Shown in pieces: positions 20,453 to 28,722 of a DNA stretch of 64,000 bases. Position 1 is the first letter of the stretch; each line of letters begins with the position of its first letter. The position numbers and the translations under genes are program-made. Below the pieces are notes generated by a model. It worked only from the letters and a program-made list of their open reading frames with translations. It ran no database searches and was not told where the DNA came from. The stretch is from Candidatus Binatia bacterium. Its GTDB lineage: Bacteria > Desulfobacterota > Binatia > HRBIN30. The stretch is taken from positions 196,916 through 260,915 of the forward strand of contig JBBRSP010000005.1 in NCBI GenBank assembly GCA_038245295.1. Direction: 5' to 3'.

Positions 20453-21861
20453 GACGGTTGCCCTCCCGGCAACACTTGCTGCATCGCATCTCCGTGTTCG
20501 AGCGGCGCTCCTTTGCGATAGCGAAAGTCGTACGACACGTAGAACCCGACTCGCAGATCATCGGCGAAGCGCGCGTTGCGGTTGCCCTCGAGACTGATTT
20601 CAGCCAGCAGGCCGGGAGCGAGCTCGTACCCGAGGCCGACGCGGGTACCGACCGCCGTGGCGCTGCGGTTGGACCGTTTGCTGTAGGCCGCGATATCAAC
20701 CTTGGTGCGCAGCACGATGCGTTCATAGACGAAGTTGTCGTAGAGGAACCGCCCGCCGTCGACGTGGCCGAGCGAGCCTTCGAGGGAATAGTATTCGACG
20801 CGCACGCGTTCGAGACCGTCGCCCCCGGGTAGCCATGTCACACCGACGTCGCCGAGATGACCGTTGACGAAGGATGCATCCTGGCGCTCGTAGCGTTGAT
20901 ACGAATAGTCGGCGTAGGCGGAAATCGTCGCGCTGAGCGCCTGCCGGAGGCCGCCGCGAAAGCGTAGCATCTGACTCAAGGAGAATAGCTCGAAGATTGG
21001 ATCTTCGCGGCGCGCCGGATCGGCGGTCAGACGCTCGCCCTGGTCTTGCGGCTTGTAATACGTAGTCTCGAAATTCGCCGACAGACGCGCCTGGCGCAGG
21101 AACACCTGGGCGCCGAGATTGGCGAAATCGAAGTTCTGCGTCTTCGCATCGAGGGAGGCGGTACCGTAAAGCGACGGCGTGCCGACAACGTGAGCCAGCA
21201 CCTGATTGCCGGTCAGCGACAACAATTGACGCAGAGTTCTTTGATCGCGTTGGTGTTGCAGGAACCCAACACTGAAGGTGCCGTCGCGGAACGCTGTCGT
21301 GCGCATACTGGCGCCCACGATTTGTTCGTCTTGCGATACTTTCTCGGAGCCGTAGGTCGGCTCGTAGAATCGCGGCTGTCCGCCGAAAACGCTGAGCGCC
21401 ACCGGCCACGAACCTGGAGAAAAACGCAGACGACCGGCATCGGCGACGAAGGCGCCGCCGGGAACCTCGCTGATGAATTGGCGCCCCAACTTGGCTTCGA
21501 CACCGCTCACCGTGCCGCGGGCCGATGCTGCGTAAAGCTCGGTGGCGTCGTCATGGCCCGCGACGTCACGCTCCAACCGAAAGTAACTGTCGATCTCAGA
21601 GCCGTGCAGGAAGCGGTCGACGCCGAGCTTGCCGTAAAGGTTCACCGGCGCCTCCGTCCGGTTCGATTGATCGCCTTCACGCACCTGCCCAAGCACGGCA
21701 AAGCTGCCGTTGACGTCCTGCGCCGCGACCATGGCGGCACAGCTCCCCAGGCAGAGCACGGCTATGCACCCGCGCAGCCGCCAGCGGCCGGCCTGTAGGC
21801 GCGCCGCGATCGCGCTGAACCAGGCCGGCGGTGGTCGCCGCATGGGTCGCGGCTGCAACAT
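20449..21861 (-). CDS. Putative outer-membrane beta-barrel (porin) of a porin-cytochrome complex
   Basis: Signal peptide, alternating amphipathic strands, KLGRQF, near-terminal VGFYVSYDF; TGATG coupling to the decaheme gene gives start 21861. Confidence 0.72.
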   Translation of the reverse strand: MLQPRPMRRPPPAWFSAIAARLQAGRWRLRGCIAVLCLGSCAAMVAAQDVNGSFAVLGQVREGDQSNRTEAPVNLYGKLGVDRFLHGSEIDSYFRLERDVAGHDDATELYAASARGTVSGVEAKLGRQFISEVPGGAFVADAGRLRFSPGSWPVALSVFGGQPRFYEPTYGSEKVSQDEQIVGASMRTTAFRDGTFSVGFLQHQRDQRTLRQLLSLTGNQVLAHVVGTPSLYGTASLDAKTQNFDFANLGAQVFLRQARLSANFETTYYKPQDQGERLTADPARREDPIFELFSLSQMLRFRGGLRQALSATISAYADYSYQRYERQDASFVNGHLGDVGVTWLPGGDGLERVRVEYYSLEGSLGHVDGGRFLYDNFVYERIVLRTKVDIAAYSKRSNRSATAVGTRVGLGYELAPGLLAEISLEGNRNARFADDLRVGFYVSYDFRYRKGAPLEHGDAMQQVLPGGQPS

Positions 21862-24212
21862 CAGCGGGCGTGGGCGGACGAAACCGGTTCGGCGCGACCT
21901 TCTTGGTGGCACACGAGGCACGCCTCGCCGCCATTCGATGCCGTCTGGGTGTCGGCGTGCGCCAGGGCCTCGTCGCTGTCGTGACACGACGTACAGGCCG
22001 AGGTGATTGGTCCGGTGTGCCCGATCTCCACCTCGTTCCCGGTTGCCGGGTCGAGATGCGTGCGCCGCGTTGCCAGGGATGGGCCCGGGAACGGCGGCAG
22101 TAGGTAAGACGTGCCGACGTGGCAGGTCGAACAGTTGCGACGATCGCCGACGTAACGAACCTCACCGAAGTTGTTTACGGTATAGTTCGCCGGAGCCGCG
22201 CCGAAGCCGTAGATGAGGTACGGTTGCTGATTCAAATCTTCCCCAGTGTGGATCTTGTGGATCAGCACCTTGAAGTCGATCGTCGCGGTCTCCGCCGCGG
22301 CCGCTACGGCAGCGGGGTCGCGCCGGCGTCGCGCCGAATCATTCTGCGTCGGGTTGTGACACAAGACGCAGTACTCGGTCTGATTGCGCAGATTGCCGTG
22401 GATGCTGAAGTCCTTCGAGAACTGGCCGTGGCACTTGCCGCACTTGGCATCGTCAACCACGCTACGCCGCACTTCGGCCGTCGATCCATCGACGACGAAC
22501 GTCACAACCGAGTTGGTCGCCGCCTCCTCGACGGTCTTGGGCGAAATGCCTTCCTCGACACTGAGGTTGACCGTGCGTCGCGCTTCGACCCCGAGTGCCC
22601 ATGTGCCGGTGGCAGCGGCCGGGATGGCCGCCGCCGGAGTGTATGTGAAGATGCCGTCGCCATCTGGGCCGGCAAGCGTTCCCGTAGCCCCACCGCCGAC
22701 GGCCGTGGCCAAGAGCAGGCGCGAATAATCGGACGTCGGACCCGCAATCGTGAAGGCCAGGCGATTGAGCCCGGCAAGGCTCGGTAGCGGGCTCCCCGCG
22801 TTGCCCGAAACCTTGAACGAGATGGTCGGCGTTTCCCCACGCGCGTGTGAAGCGAGCCCGAGCAACTCGATGTTGAGACCGGCGAGTTGCCGCGAGCGCT
22901 CTGGAATCGTGTGGGCTCCGGCGATCGAGACGTCGAACTCCTTGTCGGTCGCGTTGGTATGACAGAAGGCACAGTCGCCATCGGCGAAGCCGCGACTCTG
23001 GAAGTGATTCGTACCTGGCGGCCCGACGGTCGTTGTCGCGAGCGACGGGTTGACGTCATCGTGGCAGCTGACACAAGCGCCTACCGACGGCTGCTCGCGA
23101 TACGCCGCGGCGGTCGGACCATCGGCGTGACAGACCTGGCAATCCAGCGTGGTGCGAGGGAATCCCACCCCGGTTACCGAACCGTCGGCCTTTTTTTCGG
23201 CGAAGATGGATTCACTGCGCCCGGTAATTGCGTACTTGGCGCCCGGGGCTCCGTTGACGATCGACGGCAGATCTTTGCCCTGGTGAATCTTGTGGATCAT
23301 GTTGCGGAAATCGATGCTGACACCGTTCGGGTCTTGCGCCGCTTCATTGTGGCACAAGGAGCACAGGCGTACCTCGCGCCGGTTACCGTGCAAGATCAAC
23401 GGATCGTGACAGCTGTTGCACCGGGCCGTGGTGGTCGCCATGCGGACCTCGGCGACACCGCCATTCGGCACAAAATCGAAAATCGGATTGGCACTGAGTT
23501 GTTTACCCTCAAACGTGCGATCCACCTGCATCCCAACCGCGAAGGTCTGGCTGCGGCTCACCGCGGCAGGAATTGTCGCCTTGAATACATAACGATAGAT
23601 CCCGCTCGTTGCGTCGATGATCTCGATGGTGCCGCCGCTGTCATAACGCGGCCTCACGGCGTCCAGATCGTTGACGTAACGGGTGAATTGCTTGTTGAAC
23701 TCGCCGCCACCCGAATAGTGTTCAAGATGAGCGATGGTCAGACGAACCCGTGCCTGTTGAGGGTTCTGTGCCGCGCTGAGCACGGCAGAGATCGGCTTGC
23801 CCTCGGCGTCCGTCAGCGAGAATATGACCCGCACTTCACCGGCGGCGGAAATTTCGGCGGTACTGATCGTACTCAGCAACCCGGCGCCGGCGGCGTCACC
23901 CGACGCCGGTGTCGTCGCCGTCGGTGCCACGGTTGGGCTGGCGGTCGGCGTCGGCCCACCCGGACAAACATCGAGAAGGTGATTGACGGCCTGAATGACA
24001 TCGCCGATTGTCGCGTTCAGGCCACCACAACTAGAACTCGGGGTGTTTCCGAGCGCGATGTTGACCAGCGTGACGACTTCCTCGACCGTCACGGCTTGGT
24101 CCGCATTGCAGTCCCCCGTGCAGGAAGACTGGCCGCGACTCGTTGAGGTCAGGAGTAACAGGACAACCAGACTTGCCAAGCCGACGGCTGGCACGTGTAC
24201 TCGTGTTCTCAT
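21861..24212 (-). CDS. OmcA/MtrC-family decaheme cytochrome with N-terminal dockerin-like domain
   Basis: 10 CxxCH in two 5-heme blocks, each with CxxCH-L-HGN-CxxCHN and IDF..MIHKIH/LIHKIH; CTGDCNADQAVTVEEVV after the signal peptide; no lipobox. Confidence 0.88.
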   Translation of the reverse strand: MRTRVHVPAVGLASLVVLLLLTSTSRGQSSCTGDCNADQAVTVEEVVTLVNIALGNTPSSSCGGLNATIGDVIQAVNHLLDVCPGGPTPTASPTVAPTATTPASGDAAGAGLLSTISTAEISAAGEVRVIFSLTDAEGKPISAVLSAAQNPQQARVRLTIAHLEHYSGGGEFNKQFTRYVNDLDAVRPRYDSGGTIEIIDATSGIYRYVFKATIPAAVSRSQTFAVGMQVDRTFEGKQLSANPIFDFVPNGGVAEVRMATTTARCNSCHDPLILHGNRREVRLCSLCHNEAAQDPNGVSIDFRNMIHKIHQGKDLPSIVNGAPGAKYAITGRSESIFAEKKADGSVTGVGFPRTTLDCQVCHADGPTAAAYREQPSVGACVSCHDDVNPSLATTTVGPPGTNHFQSRGFADGDCAFCHTNATDKEFDVSIAGAHTIPERSRQLAGLNIELLGLASHARGETPTISFKVSGNAGSPLPSLAGLNRLAFTIAGPTSDYSRLLLATAVGGGATGTLAGPDGDGIFTYTPAAAIPAAATGTWALGVEARRTVNLSVEEGISPKTVEEAATNSVVTFVVDGSTAEVRRSVVDDAKCGKCHGQFSKDFSIHGNLRNQTEYCVLCHNPTQNDSARRRRDPAAVAAAAETATIDFKVLIHKIHTGEDLNQQPYLIYGFGAAPANYTVNNFGEVRYVGDRRNCSTCHVGTSYLLPPFPGPSLATRRTHLDPATGNEVEIGHTGPITSACTSCHDSDEALAHADTQTASNGGEACLVCHQEGRAEPVSSAHAR

Positions 24213-24637
24213 TTTGGCGCCCCATTTCCGCTCCGCCCACAACCAAGGCGGCTCGTTGCTATTACTGCTGCGGCATCTAGGCGACGATGGCATGGCATCC
24301 CACTCGTCAAAGAGATCAACCGATGACGCGATGCTCCCACCGGCCGCCAATCCTGTCAATGGACCAAGATTGAGTTGGACCACACGTGAGCAGTTGGGCG
24401 CGCCGAACAAGCGCGGGGGGTTGGGGCCGGCGGCGCACCCTGAGTCAGGGCCGCTTCGAGATCGCCGCGAGCATGCTGGCAATGAGACCCACGGTGGTTT
24501 CAATCGCGCTGGATCGTCACGCGCCGCGACGATTTAGAACGTCAGCACTACGATGGACTGAGTAACGAGGAGACCCAACCGCAACATCTCTCGCTTCGTA
24601 TCACTGACGTTCGAATTCGTCGCAGGACGCGCATTTT

Positions 24638-24710
24638 GACAGGATGGACAGGATTAACACGACAAGAATGTGTTCCCCCCTTCCATCCTGTTTATCCTGT
24701 CCATCCTGTC
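24638..24710. repeat. Inverted repeat built of 9-bp ACAGGAT-NN units
   Basis: GACAGGATGGACAGGAT (24638-24654) is the perfect reverse complement of ATCCTGTCCATCCTGTC (24694-24710). Confidence 0.8.
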
Positions 24711-24857
24711 GAATTCGTTCTGCGGGGGGTGGGGTTGGGTTGCGGGCGGAGCCTTGATCCGGGCTGCCCTTGGTCCATTGACATGACTCCGACCGAGGCC
24801 CTTAGGTGAACTGTGAGCGGGGGTGCCGCCTCCGCCGCGGAAGGAAGGGCAGCTACC

Positions 24858-27422
24858 ATGAACGCCCAGCCAACATTCCCGGATGTCACGCATGTCGACG
24901 TTGCGCTTGATAATGTCCGACACCCTGCGGCCGGCCTTCATCCCAAAAACGCCGCCATGAAGGCACGACTGCTTGCGGCCGACCATTGGCTGTGTATCGA
25001 GCGCGCCCGCTACGCCACCGAGGTCTATGGCGAAACCGAAGGCATGCACCCGTCTCTCCGCGCCGCTCTCTGCCTCGAGCGTGTGCTGGAGAAGATGACG
25101 GTGCGTATCGACCCCGAAGAACTCCTCGTCGGCAACCGCTCCTCGCGCCCCATCGCTCCCCCCATTGCGCCGGAACGCGGCGACTTCACCTTCGTCTTCC
25201 GTTACCTCTTCGAAGACCTTGAAGCCTTTGGCTACCGCATCGCCCCGCAAGACAAGGCGCGGCTCTTCGACGACATCATCCCGGCATGGGAAGGCAAGAC
25301 CGTGCGTGATGCGAAGGTCACCGCGTTCGAGGCGCATGGGCTGAGCAGCAAGCTCAACACTTCACCGCGCGAGCTCCTGCACAAGCTGCGCTGCTTCGGG
25401 CCGCACACACTCAGCAAGCTGCTGGCCCCGCGCAACGGCAGCCGGGGGAATCGGCTGGCACGGCTGCCGCGCCTCCTGCGCGCCATACAGGCCGGCGCGA
25501 AGGACAACCTGAAGGGACGCGGGCGCTGCACCGACACGCAGGCGCACATCGTCCCAGGCCACAAGAACGTACTGGCTGTTGGCTTCTCTGGCATCCGCGA
25601 CGCCGCGCACGCACGCCTCACCGCGGCGCCGTGCAGCGACTCGCAGCGTGCCTTTCTCGACGGTGTGGTACGCAGCTGCGAGGCGATGCATGCCTTCTCG
25701 GGTCGCTTCGCAACCCTGGCGCGCGCCCAGGCGGAAGCGACAACCGACACGGCGCGGCGTTCGGAGTTGCTGGCCATCGCGGCCAGGTGCGAGCGTGTAC
25801 CCTGGCTACCGCCACGGAGCTTTGTCGAGGCCGTGCAAGCACTCTGGTTCACCCAGAACGCCGCAATCATCAGCTACGGCGCCGGCAGCGGCATCACGCC
25901 CGGTCGTGTCGACCAGCTCCTCTTTCCATTCTTTGAGGCCGATCTCGCCAGCCGTGCCATCACTCGCGAACATGCATTGCGCGTGCTCGAGGAGCTCGTC
26001 ATCAAACTCAACGACAACGTCGTCATCTGGCCCAACATCGGCGGCGTGGAACTCAACCATCTGGGGTCGGACGTCGAGAACATCACGATCGGCGGCGTCG
26101 ACGCGAAAGGCGACGACGCAACGAACGAGCTGTCGTGGCTCTTCATCGAAGCGATCGAGAACACCAACCTCGCGACAACGGCCTCGTTCCGCGTCTCACA
26201 CCGGAGCCCGCCCGACTTCGTGCGGCGGGTCGTCGAGATGCATCGGAAGACCAATTCGCCGGCGTTCCTGAACGACGAGACGGCGATCGCTGCCCTGGTG
26301 AACGACGGGTACTCGATCGAGGCGGCGCGCCAGTACTGCCTCGTGGGTTGCGTTGAGCCGAGCGGTAACGGCGACACCTTCGGCGCAACCGGCGGCACGA
26401 AAGTCTACTTCCCAACCGCGCTCGATCTCGTGTTCAATCGCGGCCGCACCTCGTTCTTCGGCAACCAGGATGGCCCGGACACCGGTGATCCGCTTGCCTT
26501 TCGCACCTTCGATGAGCTGCTCGCGGCGTTCTTCCGCCACCTCGAAGTAATGGTTGGACAAGTCACCGAAGCGACACGCCTGCGCGACCGCATCTGGGCG
26601 GAGCGCTTCCACAATCCGCTCATTTCCTGCACCATCGACGGTTGCATCGAGAAGGCGCAGGACATGACCGCCGGCGGCGCTCGCTACACATTCGGCGCCG
26701 TCGGTGGCGGCGGCCTCGCGACAGCCGTGGACTCGCTGGCAACGGTCCGCGCCCTGGTGTTCGAACAGCGCAAGGTATCGATGAAGGAACTGTTACGGGG
26801 CCTCGCCACCAACTTTCGCGGCCGTGAAGCGCTGCGGCAGCAGCTGCTCAACGGCCCGCGCTTCGGCAATGATGATCGCCGGGTCGACGAGCTGGCGCGC
26901 CTGATCGTCGACCGCTTTTGCCAGATGGTGCGTGCCGAGCCCACGGCGATAGGCGGGCACTATAAGGCGAGCCTGATCTCCTATGGGCTCAACGTCTACG
27001 AGGGCGCGCTCGAGCCGGCGACACCCGATGGGCGCCAAGCTGGAGAGCCGCTGTCGAACAGCATGTCACCAAGCAATGGCGCCGAACGGAAGGGCCCGAC
27101 CGCGGCGCTCAACTCCATGGCACGGATCGATCATACCAAGATCGGCTACGGCAACTCGCTCAACATGCGATTGCCCATCGGCCTGCTGCGCTCCGCGAAG
27201 GGCGTCGAGAGCGTGGCGAGTCTGGTCCGCACGTACTTCCGCAAGGGTGGCTTCCATGTGCAGTTCAACGCCGTTGATGCGGCGACCCTGCACGCGGCGC
27301 AAGAGCGACCGCAGGACTACGCCGACCTCATCGTACGCGTGTCCGGCTACTCGGCGTACTTCACGCGCCTGGGACGTCAGATCCAGGACGACATCATCGC
27401 CCGCACCGAGCTGTCGCCATGA
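24858..27422 (+). CDS. Glycyl radical enzyme (PFL2/eliminase-like), substrate unknown
   Basis: YCLVGCVEP Cys loop, ATPDGRQAGEPLSNS, HVQFN, C-terminal LIVRVSGYSAYF glycyl motif. Confidence 0.9.
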   Translation: MNAQPTFPDVTHVDVALDNVRHPAAGLHPKNAAMKARLLAADHWLCIERARYATEVYGETEGMHPSLRAALCLERVLEKMTVRIDPEELLVGNRSSRPIAPPIAPERGDFTFVFRYLFEDLEAFGYRIAPQDKARLFDDIIPAWEGKTVRDAKVTAFEAHGLSSKLNTSPRELLHKLRCFGPHTLSKLLAPRNGSRGNRLARLPRLLRAIQAGAKDNLKGRGRCTDTQAHIVPGHKNVLAVGFSGIRDAAHARLTAAPCSDSQRAFLDGVVRSCEAMHAFSGRFATLARAQAEATTDTARRSELLAIAARCERVPWLPPRSFVEAVQALWFTQNAAIISYGAGSGITPGRVDQLLFPFFEADLASRAITREHALRVLEELVIKLNDNVVIWPNIGGVELNHLGSDVENITIGGVDAKGDDATNELSWLFIEAIENTNLATTASFRVSHRSPPDFVRRVVEMHRKTNSPAFLNDETAIAALVNDGYSIEAARQYCLVGCVEPSGNGDTFGATGGTKVYFPTALDLVFNRGRTSFFGNQDGPDTGDPLAFRTFDELLAAFFRHLEVMVGQVTEATRLRDRIWAERFHNPLISCTIDGCIEKAQDMTAGGARYTFGAVGGGGLATAVDSLATVRALVFEQRKVSMKELLRGLATNFRGREALRQQLLNGPRFGNDDRRVDELARLIVDRFCQMVRAEPTAIGGHYKASLISYGLNVYEGALEPATPDGRQAGEPLSNSMSPSNGAERKGPTAALNSMARIDHTKIGYGNSLNMRLPIGLLRSAKGVESVASLVRTYFRKGGFHVQFNAVDAATLHAAQERPQDYADLIVRVSGYSAYFTRLGRQIQDDIIARTELSP

Positions 27423-28147
27423 ACGGACACGTCTTCGACATCCAACGCTTCAGTGTCCACGACGGCCCCGGCATCCGCACGACTGTATTCCTGGCCGGCT
27501 GCCCGCTGCGCTGTGTCTGGTGCCAGAATCCGGAAGCCTTCGCCGGCGCGACGGCCCCCTCGCTGGCGGCAGAGACGGTGATTTCGGAAGTTCTCGAAGA
27601 CCGCGAGTACTACGCGACGAGCGGCGGGGGCCTCACTCTGTCAGGCGGCGAGCCGCTGCTGCAGGTAGCGTTCGTGCACGCCCTCCTGAAACTTGCCAAG
27701 CGTCACGACCTCCATACATGTATCCAGACGGCGGGCGCGGTGCCAACGAGCGCGCTGCTCGACGTCCTCGATCTGGCAGACCTCGTCCAGTTTGACCTCA
27801 AGCACATGGATACCGCGCGCCATCGCGAGCTCACCGGCGTCGGCAACGAGCGGATCCTCGAAAACGCGGTAATCCTGGCGTCGAGCGGCGCGACGGCTGA
27901 GTTCCGTATGCCGCTTCTGCCAGGTTTCAACGACAACCAGGGCAATCTCGAGCATCTCGCTAGCTTCCTGTTGGCGCACGGTGTCTGCCAACTCCACCTC
28001 GTGCCGTACCAGCGTCTGTACCTCGCGAAGTACGACCTCCTCGGCATGGCGTCCTGTGCCGACATGGAAGTGCCCTCGGCAGAGCTGATGAACCGGGTAG
28101 TCGGGCAATTCCGTGAGTGTGGCCTCTCGGTCAGCGTCGACGAGTAG
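27419..28147 (+). CDS. Glycyl-radical activating enzyme (radical SAM, short form without ferredoxin insert)
   Basis: IQRFSVHDGPGIRTTVFLAGCPLRCVWCQNPE, GGLTLSGGEPLLQ; ATGA overlap with the GRE. Confidence 0.93.
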   Translation: MNGHVFDIQRFSVHDGPGIRTTVFLAGCPLRCVWCQNPEAFAGATAPSLAAETVISEVLEDREYYATSGGGLTLSGGEPLLQVAFVHALLKLAKRHDLHTCIQTAGAVPTSALLDVLDLADLVQFDLKHMDTARHRELTGVGNERILENAVILASSGATAEFRMPLLPGFNDNQGNLEHLASFLLAHGVCQLHLVPYQRLYLAKYDLLGMASCADMEVPSAELMNRVVGQFRECGLSVSVDE

Positions 28148-28275
28148 GCAGCCAGCCACTCCGCTTGGTTCCGGCTGGAAGCCGGGCTTGTGGAACAAGC
28201 GTTGCAAATCTTGTCGGTGCACGAAGATTTTCCCGGCGCCGCATTTTGTTAGCCTGACATGTCACCCCGGCGAAA

Positions 28276-28560
28276 GAGACTGTCCTTCGTCATACAGGCG
28301 AAAGCCGGTATCTCCCCAGCATTTTTGGCCTCCCACTCGAGGAAATCCCGGCTTTCGAGCCTGCCGTAAAACCAAAGTGGAGCAACGTCATCCCGGTGAA
28401 AACCGGGATCGCCGCCTGCTGGAAGCCTCGAGAGCTGGCGATATACCGGCTTTCGCCGGTATGACGGATCGGTCTGCTCGGTTTCAAATATGGTTTCCCA
28501 GTAAATCGACCTACTCTTTCGCCGGGATGACATTGCTTCATTTCAGTTATCGACAGGCTC
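28276..28560 (+). mobile_element. MITE subfamily A (short internal deletion), itself interrupted by a B copy
   Basis: GAAA-[GAGACTGTC...CGACAGGCTC]-GAAA; body matches 10856-11015. Confidence 0.85.
28357..28516 (-). mobile_element. 160-bp MITE subfamily B nested inside MITE A
   Basis: TTTC-[GAGCCTGCCGTAAAACC...ATCGACCTACTC]-TTTC; reverse complement of 17471-17630. Confidence 0.87.
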
Positions 28561-28722
28561 GAAAGCCGGTATCTCCTCGATTGGAAACTGCGGTATGCTC
28601 GGGAGATTCCGGCTTTCGCCGGAATGACGGAGGTGGGCTGGTTGGCCTGAGTTCGTTCCGGATGGAAGCCGGGCTGTGAGGTTCTCTAGATTCCTCGCGA
28701 TGGCCTGGGATAGAAGACACTC

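Larger units (their letters stand above)
28257..28678 (-). repeat. Host REP-doublet repeat (element C, inverted) containing two nested MITEs
   Basis: Reverse complement of the 17404 and 35051 leader at 28630-28678; second hairpin split at 28275/28561. Confidence 0.8.
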
